Of a DNA stretch of 64,000 bases, positions 55,541-64,000 are shown piece after piece; within the stretch, counting starts at the first letter, position 1, and each line of letters opens with the position of its first letter. Below the pieces are notes generated by a model, which was not told the origin of the DNA, did no database searches, and saw only the letters and a list, made by a program, of their open reading frames with translations. The stretch spans positions 32,001 through 96,000 of the forward strand of contig JBILLK010000028.1 of assembly GCA_044376115.1 (NCBI GenBank). The letters are read 5' to 3'. A program made the translations under genes and the position numbers. This stretch comes from Polyangiaceae bacterium. GTDB taxonomy: Bacteria; Myxococcota_A; Polyangia; Polyangiales; Polyangiaceae.

Positions 55541-56169
55541 TGAAACTGTACAGCTCCGTCACTTCACCGTTCGTCCGCAAAGTCCTCGTGGTTGGGCACG
55601 AACTCGGCCTTGCCGATCAGCTCGAGGTCGTGCCCGTCGTGCTCAGCCCTACCGCCGCCGACGCAGCGCTCAACCAGCGAAACCCGCTGGGCAAGATCCC
55701 AACGCTCGAGCTCGAAGACGGCACCATGCTGTTTGATTCGCGCGTGATCGTGACGCACCTGTTGACCCTCTCCGACAAAGGCGAGCAATTGTTACCACGT
55801 GGCAAGAAGGGGCTGCTCACGTTGCGTGCCGAGGCTGCAGCAGACGGTCTCTTGGATGCCGGGATCCTCTCTCGCTACGAGACCGTGTTGCGGCCGGAGC
55901 AGTTCCGCTGGAGCGCGTGGGTCGACGGGCAATGCGACAAAGTCGAGCGCTCCTTGCGCTGGCTCGAACAGAACGTCGATACCAGCGGGCCCAACTTCGA
56001 CCTCGCGCAAATCGCCACCGCTTGCGCGCTCGGCTGGTTGCAGTTCCGCAAGCCGCTCAACGACCGATCGCAAGGTGAGCGCAACATGGAGGTGATCGCG
56101 CCCAAGCTCTTCAGCTGGTTCGAGAGCCTGCGCAGCCGACCGAGCCTAGCCGCGACCGAGCCTCACTGA
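55537..56169 (+). CDS. Glutathione S-transferase family protein
   Basis: SPFVRKV, NPLGKIPTL, DSRVI; ATGA overlap with uvrA. Confidence 0.92.
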   Translation: MMKLYSSVTSPFVRKVLVVGHELGLADQLEVVPVVLSPTAADAALNQRNPLGKIPTLELEDGTMLFDSRVIVTHLLTLSDKGEQLLPRGKKGLLTLRAEAAADGLLDAGILSRYETVLRPEQFRWSAWVDGQCDKVERSLRWLEQNVDTSGPNFDLAQIATACALGWLQFRKPLNDRSQGERNMEVIAPKLFSWFESLRSRPSLAATEPH

Positions 56170-58409
56170 AGCGCGCCCCAAATTCGCAACGCCGCCGAGG
56201 TCTCGTCGTCGAGCTCCACCGTCTCACGCTCGAAGCGCACGGCCTTCGCGCGGCGTTCGAAGTCAGCGTGGCGCTGCCGCAAGGCGGCTGACACCAGCGG
56301 CAACACTGGACGCCGATCGAAGCTGCAACTCCAATCGATCGATAGGTCGCAGATCTGCGAGAAAGACCCTGATTTCTCGCGCAGTAGGTACTGATCCCAG
56401 CGTGCGGTGTGCGTCTCACCGAACAACGCGTAACGCACGCCCGTGGTGTCGAGCGCGAGCCCCGAGGTCACCTTGTATAGGTCCCGCCCCCACGCCCCTC
56501 GCAGTGGAACGCCCAAAGCACCCGCGAGCGTGGTCGCCACGTCCTCCGTCGCGGTCGGCTCTTCCACCACGCGGCCCTCGGCCAAGTCCGAGGGATAGGC
56601 GATGTAAAGCGGCGCTTTGAGCGACGCCTCATCGAACGGTAGTTCTTCGGGGAAGTAGGTATCGACGCCGCTCGAGATATCGTTGGTCACGACCAAAAGC
56701 GACTTCTCCTCGACGTTGGCTAGCGCCTCGAGCAGCTTGCCGAAGGCTGCGTCTTGCTCCGCGAGCGCAAGCTGGTGCAACGCCTCCACACGAATGCGAT
56801 CCCCCTCGGGGAGGCGCACGCGCTTCTTCTTGCGCCTCAGCGACGCGAGTTGCTGACCGGCCCGCCGAGGTTGAATGTCCCCGGTGTATTTTTCGGGCGG
56901 TAGAGAGTCCACCTGCTTGGGCGTTGGCGCCCACGGTGGATGGCCGCCCTCGGCATGAACCACGAGAAAGATACGCGCTGTCGGCTCACGCTCGAGCGTC
57001 GACGTGACGAAGGAGGCCGCCTCGAGCAAAGCACTGCGTGACTCGCCCTCGGCCGGCGAGATCGAGACGAAGCGCGTCATCGATCGGTAGAAGCCGTACG
57101 GTCGGAAGGAGGTCGGGACGTCGGTAAAGAGCGCGGTTTGAATGCCCGCATCGCGCGCGCGTTGGGTGATGGTTGGAACGCCTTTGGGCAGCGCGGATCC
57201 GAGATCGGTCACGGTGTGAACCGCTGCAGGTAGGCCCGTCAGCAGCGTCGCCAAGTTGCCGCCTGCGGTGCTGACCGAGGCTCGATGTTGCGTGTACACC
57301 GTCGCGCTGTCGGCGAACTTCGCGAGGTTGTCGAGGTGATGCACCGGCTTGTCGCCGTAGCCGGGCAACTCATCGCGCGTGACGCCACCCCAGAGCACCA
57401 AGACCACCACTTGTGCCGAGGGAACCGGCTGCGGTTCACGCGTGGAGACCAGCAGGCTGGGATCTCCGAACAGCACGCGACTGCCTTTGGTCGCCGACAT
57501 CGCCTTGAACTCGAGGTGAACGATCTCCCCTGCGAAGGGATCGAGTGGGGCGTCCATGTCCTCCCAGCCCTCGCTCGGCTTGAGATGCCGCTTGAGCAAC
57601 GAGATCGGCGCTTTGCCGTCTCGCCGCAGCACCACCTCAGCGTCCCCTTCGCCGTTGCCGAGCAGTCCCAACGCCGTTCGCAATCTTGCTCCCTTGGGCA
57701 CGCGCAACGAACAGCGCACCGTCGTTGGCGTGCGCAAACGCAACGCCCGGTGTGGCGTCTTACCAATCACAGCATCGGCCTGTAGGACGTCGGCGAGAGT
57801 CGGGGCACCGTAGGTGCTGTCTTCATCATCGGGCCAGCCGATGCGCAGCCAATCGACCATCGCCAAGGCCTCGCTCGTGCGAGGTTTCCCGCGAAACCGG
57901 ATCAGCACCTTGTGTTCACCTGCGTCGAACGGCTCCAAGCTGGTCGCGGTGGTGACGGTGCGTGCATCGGCTCCGCTGAACTTGGCCGAACCAAGCGGGA
58001 CACCGTCGATGTAGAGAGCGACGCCCTTGCTAGCGAGCGGTGCGATGCGCGCGCTCAGGAACAGGTTCTTGGGCTCGACCAAGGTGAAGGTCGCCGTAAG
58101 CTCGTTGTCGACGATGGTGCTCCAAGTTGCTCCGTTGCGTTCAACGGCCTCGAGCTCCGAGGCGGTCTCGACGCGACCGACCATACCCTCGGTGCCGAAG
58201 TCGATCGCTACGCCGCGGTGCTCGATCGTGCAGGAAGGGACTTCGTCGAAGAAGGAGAGCAACGTGCGATCCTGAACCGGGCCATCCCCGTAGCCCGGTT
58301 CATTCGGGGACGCGGAGGTCCGCGTTCCCGGCTGCGATTCGGAGTTGCTGCTACACGCGACGAGGAGCCCAGCGGCGAGCGCAAGGCTACCTGCCTTCAG
58401 CGTTGCCAA
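56163..58409 (-). CDS. Lipoprotein with beta-sandwich domains and a degenerate sulfatase-like domain
   Basis: LVAC lipobox; ATLLTG, HPPW, DVATTL and L...G..Q ending typical of sulfatase-like proteins, catalytic motifs altered. Confidence 0.75.
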   Translation of the reverse strand: MATLKAGSLALAAGLLVACSSNSESQPGTRTSASPNEPGYGDGPVQDRTLLSFFDEVPSCTIEHRGVAIDFGTEGMVGRVETASELEAVERNGATWSTIVDNELTATFTLVEPKNLFLSARIAPLASKGVALYIDGVPLGSAKFSGADARTVTTATSLEPFDAGEHKVLIRFRGKPRTSEALAMVDWLRIGWPDDEDSTYGAPTLADVLQADAVIGKTPHRALRLRTPTTVRCSLRVPKGARLRTALGLLGNGEGDAEVVLRRDGKAPISLLKRHLKPSEGWEDMDAPLDPFAGEIVHLEFKAMSATKGSRVLFGDPSLLVSTREPQPVPSAQVVVLVLWGGVTRDELPGYGDKPVHHLDNLAKFADSATVYTQHRASVSTAGGNLATLLTGLPAAVHTVTDLGSALPKGVPTITQRARDAGIQTALFTDVPTSFRPYGFYRSMTRFVSISPAEGESRSALLEAASFVTSTLEREPTARIFLVVHAEGGHPPWAPTPKQVDSLPPEKYTGDIQPRRAGQQLASLRRKKKRVRLPEGDRIRVEALHQLALAEQDAAFGKLLEALANVEEKSLLVVTNDISSGVDTYFPEELPFDEASLKAPLYIAYPSDLAEGRVVEEPTATEDVATTLAGALGVPLRGAWGRDLYKVTSGLALDTTGVRYALFGETHTARWDQYLLREKSGSFSQICDLSIDWSCSFDRRPVLPLVSAALRQRHADFERRAKAVRFERETVELDDETSAALRIWGALQ

Positions 58410-61400
58410 GGCGGCGCAAGCCGAATGCGAACCAGCTTGTCCTCTTTCACCTGAACGAAACGTGACCGCTCCTCTCCTCGGGTCTTGATGCGGATCTCGT
58501 ACGGATCCGCCTTGGCCTTGAGTTGTACGGCTGCAATCGGACCGGAGCCAATGGGTTTTCCGTCGACCAGGATGGTGTCGGTCTTTCCGGCCACGACCTC
58601 GAGCAAACCATGGCCCTTCTTTACCTTGTCGTTGCTGCGGAGAGGAAGCTCCTCAGGCTGCGGATCGGCGGTGCGGCCGAGCGAAGGCTCGCTGCGCGTC
58701 GCTTGATCGGAGCCCTCTTCCAACGGCGCGTCGGTCTTGCTCAGGTTTGCGCTGCTTTGAGCCTCAGCGTTCTGCTCGCGCGCTTGGTCGGTCTGAGCGA
58801 ACAGCTCCGCTTCGCTCGGTCGCGTACTCTCGCGAGCCCAACGCGCCCAAATCGCAAAGCCGATGCCGAGCAGCGCGAAGGCCACCCAGTAGACCGACTT
58901 GTAGTCGCGCTTGTAGGGCGCCATCGGCGGCAAGTAGGCCGAGGGCAGCGGTACGCGCGGCGAGACTTCGCCAGCGTCGCGATTGCGTTCTTTGACCTCG
59001 GAAGGCGACGGGCTCTTCTTGACGTTCTTCGGCTTGGGCGTCTCGACGCGTGCGGGCGCAGACTCGCTGACCTCCGGCGGGTGCAGAGATCCGAGCGTCA
59101 ACATCGGCTTCACGCCTGGCGGTAGCGGCAGCTGACTCGGCGTCGGCGTCAGTTCGAGTTCACGCTCGCGTGAGGGCTTCGCAGCCGCAGCGCGCTTGGC
59201 TTCGGCCTTGACCACCGGCGGCTTGCGGCTCTCCTCCACGCGAAAGAGCGCGTCGGGCAACGGCGAGAGCGTGATGTCGATCGGGTTCGGCGTGAGCCGC
59301 GTGCCTGAAGGGGGTACCGGCGATTCGTAGGCTCGCGGAGCTTCCGAGTCGTTGGTCTGCACTGGAGCCGGCGAAGGAGAAAGAGGCTTGGCGTCGTTTG
59401 CTGGCGGGGCCGGCTCGGGCAACGGCGCTGCGGGCAGATCACCGAGCAAGCTCTGGTTGCCGGCCTCGTCGAGGAAGCTCGTGAGCATGCGCGGCTCGCT
59501 GGTGACGACCGGCGGAATCACGCTGGGCTCGGGCTCCGCGGGCTTGGTCGCAGCGCGCAGCAAATCGCCAGCCGAGCGCAGGTCCACCGAGATCGCCGGC
59601 ATCATCGCCGGAGCGTCCTGCGGCAGTGCGATGGGGGCGGTGATCACCGGCAGACGGGCCACTGGGTTGGCGCTGCGTTCACCGCGCAAGAGCGCGAGCT
59701 CCTCTTTGATCAAGCGCGGCAGCTGATCTTCGCCAGCGCCGTCAATCACCTGCACCACGGCTGCGTGCGAGGCGATGTCGAGCAGGATGTCCTCCAACAT
59801 GCGCGCCGAACTGCGGCCGGTGGTGAGCAGATCGCGCGGACAAGCGCCCTGCGACAAGGCCACCATCAACGAGCGCGCCGGCTCCGGCGTGGCCTGGAAG
59901 TACGAAAGCAGCGCGTCCTCATCCACCTCGACGCGGCCCACCCGCATCAGGTTCTCGCCGGTGAGCAGCGTCTGCGCCGAGCGCGCCGTCGCAATGATCG
60001 GCGCAAGTTGGTCGAGCAGTTTGCCGGCGAGCTCCGGCTTGGTGAGCCCCACGTCACGTTCGGCCTTGGGCGTACTCACCGAGAAGCGGCCATCACCGAC
60101 ACCGAGCAGCGCGGCCAGTACGCTGGGCCCGCGATCGAAGGTTCCGGACAGCGCAGTGCGCGTCGCACGCACCGGTCGCGAGGCCCGCACATCGACCTCG
60201 TAAAGATACGAAGCGTCGCGCACCGTCAGCGTCGCCTCTTCGCGGTGCTCGCACACGACGTTCATCAGCGAGAAAGTGGTCAAGCCGTCGAGCCGGCCGC
60301 GCACGTCGGTGCCCGAACGGATGCGCTGGCGAATGCGCGCGCGCGGCCGCACCAGCTCGCGCACGCGCTGAACGATGGTGCCGGCGCTGGCTTCTTTGCG
60401 CAGATAGCCGTCCACGTCGGCGCCGAGCTCGCGCACACGCTGCAATAGGTCTTCCTTCCACGAGAGCAGCACGATCGGCACGTCGCGCAACACGATGTCG
60501 TGACGCAGCGCTCGCGAAAGGCCGAAGCCATCGAGCTTGGGCATCAGGATGTCGCTGATCACCAGGTCGGGTCCGACGTGTTTGGCGATCTCGAGCGCTC
60601 GTTGACCATCGCGAGCTTCGTACACGACAGCACCGGCGGTCTTTAAAACGCCCGCAAGGAACCAGCAAACCGCGGCATCGTCATCGACGACCAACACCTT
60701 CATGCCGTCGAGCGAACGTTCTTCATCGCTGCGCGAAGAGCGCGTCGGCGTACGGCGGGTATCGCGATCGTTGGTCTCCTCGAGCCACGGCGCGAACGGC
60801 ACTGCGCCTTCCGGCCCACCCATCGCAAAGCGCGTTTGGCCTTGCGTGCGGATGGTCACGAGGTCGCGGATGCGCGCGACTGCGCCCCACAGCGCCGCGA
60901 GCACCTCGGTGCCTTCACCCAACGTAATGGCTCGGTTGCGCGCCGAAGGATCGGCCGCATCGCAAAGCCCACGATGAAGTTCTTCTGCCAGCCGCGCACC
61001 CAGCTGATCGATCGTGAGATCGCCGAGCGGTTCACGCGTGGTCTCGCGTCGCACATAGCTCGTGATCACGCTAGCGCAGGCGCGGCGCAGCTCGCCCGGC
61101 GAGACCGGCTTGGGCAGCACCTTGGCTACGCCCAACGCCAAATACGGCCCGGCATCATCGGTGCGCGAGACGCGCATGATCACCAGCACCGGTACCGACT
61201 CGGTCAGCGGATCCGATACCAAGCTCGAGACCAGTCGCTTGGCGTTCGGTAGATCGGCGTCCACGATCACGAGGTCGGGAGCGAGCGCCCGCGCGACGTC
61301 CATCGCCACCGAGGGATCGGCGGTCGACTCGATCTCGAAGGCTTGGCTCTCTGATTTGCCGGGCTCACCGAGGCTGGCGGCGAGCGTGGCGTTGCCCACG

Positions 61401-61855
61401 CACAACACGCTGATCGGCGCTTGGTGTGGCTCTTCGGCAGCGGCCTCGCTGATCACGCCCTCGGGCCCGAGCACGCGCACCGGCGCGGTGACGTTGGTCT
61501 GACCCCACGCTAGCGAGGTCATCTGCGCAATCAGGGTGCGGGTGAGCTCGAGATCATTCGGCTCGAGTTCCCCTCGTTGGGCTGCTGCACCCAAAGCCTC
61601 TTCAACTGTGCGCAGCTCGTCGGAGAGCGCCTGGAAGCGCAAGAGTTTGGCGCCGGCACCGAGCGCGTGGATCTTGCGGCGCATCTCGTCACGCGGGCGC
61701 TTGGCCTTTGGATCGGCAGCCAGCGCCTCATACAGCGACTTGAGCTCCGACCGTCTCCTGCCGAGACCAGCGACGAAGTCAGCTCTCGCACCCGAAAGTC
61801 GCTCCGCGGGGGGAGCTTCATTCGGTTTGGCCTGCGCCGCGTTCTCAGCACTCAT
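58397..61855 (-). CDS. Multidomain response regulator (Hpt-like, two REC domains, DUF4388-like, Pro-rich linker, TM); start uncertain
   Basis: IHALGAGA Hpt-like helix; PDLVIVD; VLVVDDD..PDLVISDILMPKLDG; RGRL....L; TM VYWVAFALLGIGFAIW. Confidence 0.82.
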   Translation of the reverse strand: MSAENAAQAKPNEAPPAERLSGARADFVAGLGRRRSELKSLYEALAADPKAKRPRDEMRRKIHALGAGAKLLRFQALSDELRTVEEALGAAAQRGELEPNDLELTRTLIAQMTSLAWGQTNVTAPVRVLGPEGVISEAAAEEPHQAPISVLCVGNATLAASLGEPGKSESQAFEIESTADPSVAMDVARALAPDLVIVDADLPNAKRLVSSLVSDPLTESVPVLVIMRVSRTDDAGPYLALGVAKVLPKPVSPGELRRACASVITSYVRRETTREPLGDLTIDQLGARLAEELHRGLCDAADPSARNRAITLGEGTEVLAALWGAVARIRDLVTIRTQGQTRFAMGGPEGAVPFAPWLEETNDRDTRRTPTRSSRSDEERSLDGMKVLVVDDDAAVCWFLAGVLKTAGAVVYEARDGQRALEIAKHVGPDLVISDILMPKLDGFGLSRALRHDIVLRDVPIVLLSWKEDLLQRVRELGADVDGYLRKEASAGTIVQRVRELVRPRARIRQRIRSGTDVRGRLDGLTTFSLMNVVCEHREEATLTVRDASYLYEVDVRASRPVRATRTALSGTFDRGPSVLAALLGVGDGRFSVSTPKAERDVGLTKPELAGKLLDQLAPIIATARSAQTLLTGENLMRVGRVEVDEDALLSYFQATPEPARSLMVALSQGACPRDLLTTGRSSARMLEDILLDIASHAAVVQVIDGAGEDQLPRLIKEELALLRGERSANPVARLPVITAPIALPQDAPAMMPAISVDLRSAGDLLRAATKPAEPEPSVIPPVVTSEPRMLTSFLDEAGNQSLLGDLPAAPLPEPAPPANDAKPLSPSPAPVQTNDSEAPRAYESPVPPSGTRLTPNPIDITLSPLPDALFRVEESRKPPVVKAEAKRAAAAKPSRERELELTPTPSQLPLPPGVKPMLTLGSLHPPEVSESAPARVETPKPKNVKKSPSPSEVKERNRDAGEVSPRVPLPSAYLPPMAPYKRDYKSVYWVAFALLGIGFAIWARWARESTRPSEAELFAQTDQAREQNAEAQSSANLSKTDAPLEEGSDQATRSEPSLGRTADPQPEELPLRSNDKVKKGHGLLEVVAGKTDTILVDGKPIGSGPIAAVQLKAKADPYEIRIKTRGEERSRFVQVKEDKLVRIRLAPPWQR

Positions 61856-61940
61856 CGTACCCATCGCACCGGCGGCTATCATGCGGGGAGGAGAACAGCC
61901 CAATTTGTGGCGAACGGTGCGGCGTCCTATGCTGCCGCCG

Positions 61941-63101
61941 ATGTCGCGCCAGCGCACCGCGGTTAGCCCCTATTTCCAGCGATTATTGGCTGCTTTTGTG
62001 TTGCCTTTGGGGCTGCTCGGTTGTCCTTCGGCTGAGCCGACGAGCAGCGCCGAGAGCGCCACGGCCAGCGCTACCCCGGCGAAGGCAAGCGGCCCCCTCC
62101 CGCTCGCGCCGTCAGCGGTAACGGCGCCGAGCGCCAGCCTCAGCGCCGCACCCAGCGCCTCAGCGAGCGCGACCCCCAGCGCGGCCACGCCAACAGCCGG
62201 GCGCGCCACCGTAGCCTTCGTCGGCGATATCTCGCTCTCCATGCACGTCGCCGCGTACATGAACCCGCCGGAGGGCAAGCCGTCCGAGGTGGAGCCTGGC
62301 TTTCCCTTCGCCGCCGTCGCCAGCAAGCTCCGCAGCTACGACTACTTGGTCGGCAACCTCGAGTGCGTGGTGGCCAATCGCGGCAAGCCCACCATCCCGC
62401 TACCCCTCGTAGCGCCGCTGCATTCCCCCACCGTCTTGCTCGACGCTGGCTTCGATCTCGTTTCGGTCGCCAACAACCACGTCGAGGATCTTGGCAAAGA
62501 CGGCTACACCGACATGTTGAAGCGGCTGACCGAGGCCAAGCTTCCGTACGTCGGCGGCTATCTCGTGGATGACTCGCAGGACCCGATGGTCGTGACCGAG
62601 GTGAACGGCATCAAGATCGCCGTACTCGGCTACTTCAACCGCAAGACCGAGCAGACCTATCGCGACCTCGAGCGCGCCAAACAACTCGCCGACGTGGTGC
62701 TCGTGTATCTGCATTGGGGCATCGACTTCAGCCCGCATCCCACGCGCTTTCAACGTCAATGGGGTCGCGCCCTGATCGACCACGGAGCCTCTGCGGTGAT
62801 CGGCGCTCACTCGCACATCATCCAGCCGGAGGAGATCTACAAAGGCAAGCTGATCGCGCACAGCCTCGGCAACTTCGTCTTCTCCGGCATGGTCAAACGC
62901 GGCTCGCAAGACAGCGCCATCCTGGAGCTCGAGGTGGACAAGAGCGGCATCGTTTCCCACCGCTACCAACCGATCTCGATCGATGAACGTGGAGCCCCCA
63001 GCCTGAATGGCCCGCCAACCGCCGAGCCCCCGCTCACACCGGATCGGCCTCGACCGTTGACCGCCCTCGGCAAGCCGATCGACTTCAGCGCGATCCGCTG
63101 A
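61941..63101 (+). CDS. CapA-family metallophosphoesterase lipoprotein
   Basis: FVGDI, GNLE, ANNH..D.G, YLHWG, GAHSH, SLGNFVF; LLGC lipobox. Confidence 0.92.
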   Translation: MSRQRTAVSPYFQRLLAAFVLPLGLLGCPSAEPTSSAESATASATPAKASGPLPLAPSAVTAPSASLSAAPSASASATPSAATPTAGRATVAFVGDISLSMHVAAYMNPPEGKPSEVEPGFPFAAVASKLRSYDYLVGNLECVVANRGKPTIPLPLVAPLHSPTVLLDAGFDLVSVANNHVEDLGKDGYTDMLKRLTEAKLPYVGGYLVDDSQDPMVVTEVNGIKIAVLGYFNRKTEQTYRDLERAKQLADVVLVYLHWGIDFSPHPTRFQRQWGRALIDHGASAVIGAHSHIIQPEEIYKGKLIAHSLGNFVFSGMVKRGSQDSAILELEVDKSGIVSHRYQPISIDERGAPSLNGPPTAEPPLTPDRPRPLTALGKPIDFSAIR

Positions 63102-63274
63102 GCGACTGCGAACTCGCCGATCGGGTCGCGACCTCGAACCGTTTGGCTTGGCTCAACACCGTGTCAACCGCCGGTTGTCGAGTGTAAACCTGGAGGTGAC
63201 AGTCGGTGTCGCAGAGCCGTTGACACGCTCCGACGTGACCCTGCATTCCCGCCGAATTCGGGGTCGACTCGCAT

Positions 63275-63290
63275 CGGCACTAGGCTTGCT
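63275..63290 (+). promoter_or_regulatory. Putative sigma54 -24/-12 promoter
   Basis: CGGCACTAGGCTTGCT (GG-N10-GC, TTGCT). Confidence 0.55.
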
Positions 63291-63301
63291 GGGAGGGCAA
63301 G

Positions 63302-64000
63302 GTGCGCTTCCACCCTCTTTCTCTTTGCCTCCTTATGTTCAGCTCGGTGAGCTGCAGCGATGAGACCAACCCATCGCCGGAGCCTGAGCCTGAGCCGTCG
63401 TTGACCCCGGTCTCGAGCGAGTTGCCGGCTGTCGATTCGGTGGAGACCTGCCAGCCGCTGAACAGCGGTGAGCGCTTGGTCTCGGTCTCGCCGGAGGGTC
63501 AGGCTTGGCTGGCCTCCCCGACGGAGGGTGGTACTCGCCTGCGCGTGCTGGATCTTTTCTCCGGCGAGCTGGTCGAGACCACGCAAGAGCTGCCGATCAG
63601 CACCTTGTCGCAATTGCGCAGCTGGTCGGCAAACGAGGCCTCGCTGATCGCCGATGGTCACTTTTATGAGCTCAGCGAAGCCGGTCGCTTCGACCTCACG
63701 CCGCCTGCCGGCCTCGTAGATGGCGCAACCTTCTGTGGCTCGCTCGATAGCAACGGCTTCGTGCTCGCAGGCGGTGAGCTGTCGGAGCTGCGCGCCGACG
63801 GCCAGTGGTGGAGCTTCTCGGCAGCAACCGATGGTACCTTCGCGCAGCTCGTCGCCGCCGAGGGCGAGTGCCTAACGCGCGACAATTCGCTCTGGCTCAC
63901 CAGCGCAGCCGGTGAACTCGTCGAGGTGACGCCCACCCACTTCACCGCGCTGAAGAGCTTCGTCGAGCTGCGGGAGGCCGCCATCCTGGACGCGAACGTG
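63302..64000 (+). CDS. Hypothetical lipoprotein, truncated by the window end (absent from the ORF track)
   Basis: GGGAGG then GTG; reads MRFHPLSLCLLMFSSVSCSDETNPSPEPEPEP...; frame appears open to the edge. Confidence 0.7.
   Translation, partial: MRFHPLSLCLLMFSSVSCSDETNPSPEPEPEPSLTPVSSELPAVDSVETCQPLNSGERLVSVSPEGQAWLASPTEGGTRLRVLDLFSGELVETTQELPISTLSQLRSWSANEASLIADGHFYELSEAGRFDLTPPAGLVDGATFCGSLDSNGFVLAGGELSELRADGQWWSFSAATDGTFAQLVAAEGECLTRDNSLWLTSAAGELVEVTPTHFTALKSFVELREAAILDANV

Overview
GC-rich, gene-dense bacterial chromosome segment. The gene content (three Hanks-type Ser/Thr kinases, an FHA-sigma54 activator, Gly-rich lipoproteins, DUF2169/VgrG genes) suggests a myxobacterium, probably Polyangiales-like; this is inferred, not proven. 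Core genes recognised: guaB, hmgA, maeB, uvrA, a SRAP protein, a queuosine-precursor transporter and two tRNA-Ser genes. Accessory content includes an orphan vgrG-PAAR-FHA/DUF4123-effector-immunity-vgrG cluster (4.8-14.9 kb), an AAC(3)-family acetyltransferase and an ODP di-iron protein paired with a minimal MCP-like protein. Main findings: (1) two ORFs at 21712-22506 are one selenoprotein, a lipoprotein-anchored glutathione peroxidase with an in-frame UGA at the catalytic position followed by a bacterial SECIS-like hairpin; (2) a divergent sterol C-24 methyltransferase (Erg6/SMT)-like gene lies just behind a degenerate 37-bp duplicate of the guaB 3' end; (3) a candidate HExxH metalloprotease T6SS effector/immunity pair; (4) unusual fusions (MltD + dead M16 domain, DTW + dead DnaQ-like domain, membrane-anchored Hpt-REC-REC protein); (5) a recurring TAnnnT box 6-8 nt before about ten start codons, suggesting leaderless mRNAs. 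No CRISPR array, rRNA, integrase or transposase was seen. All family calls come from motif recognition by eye; no database searches were run.
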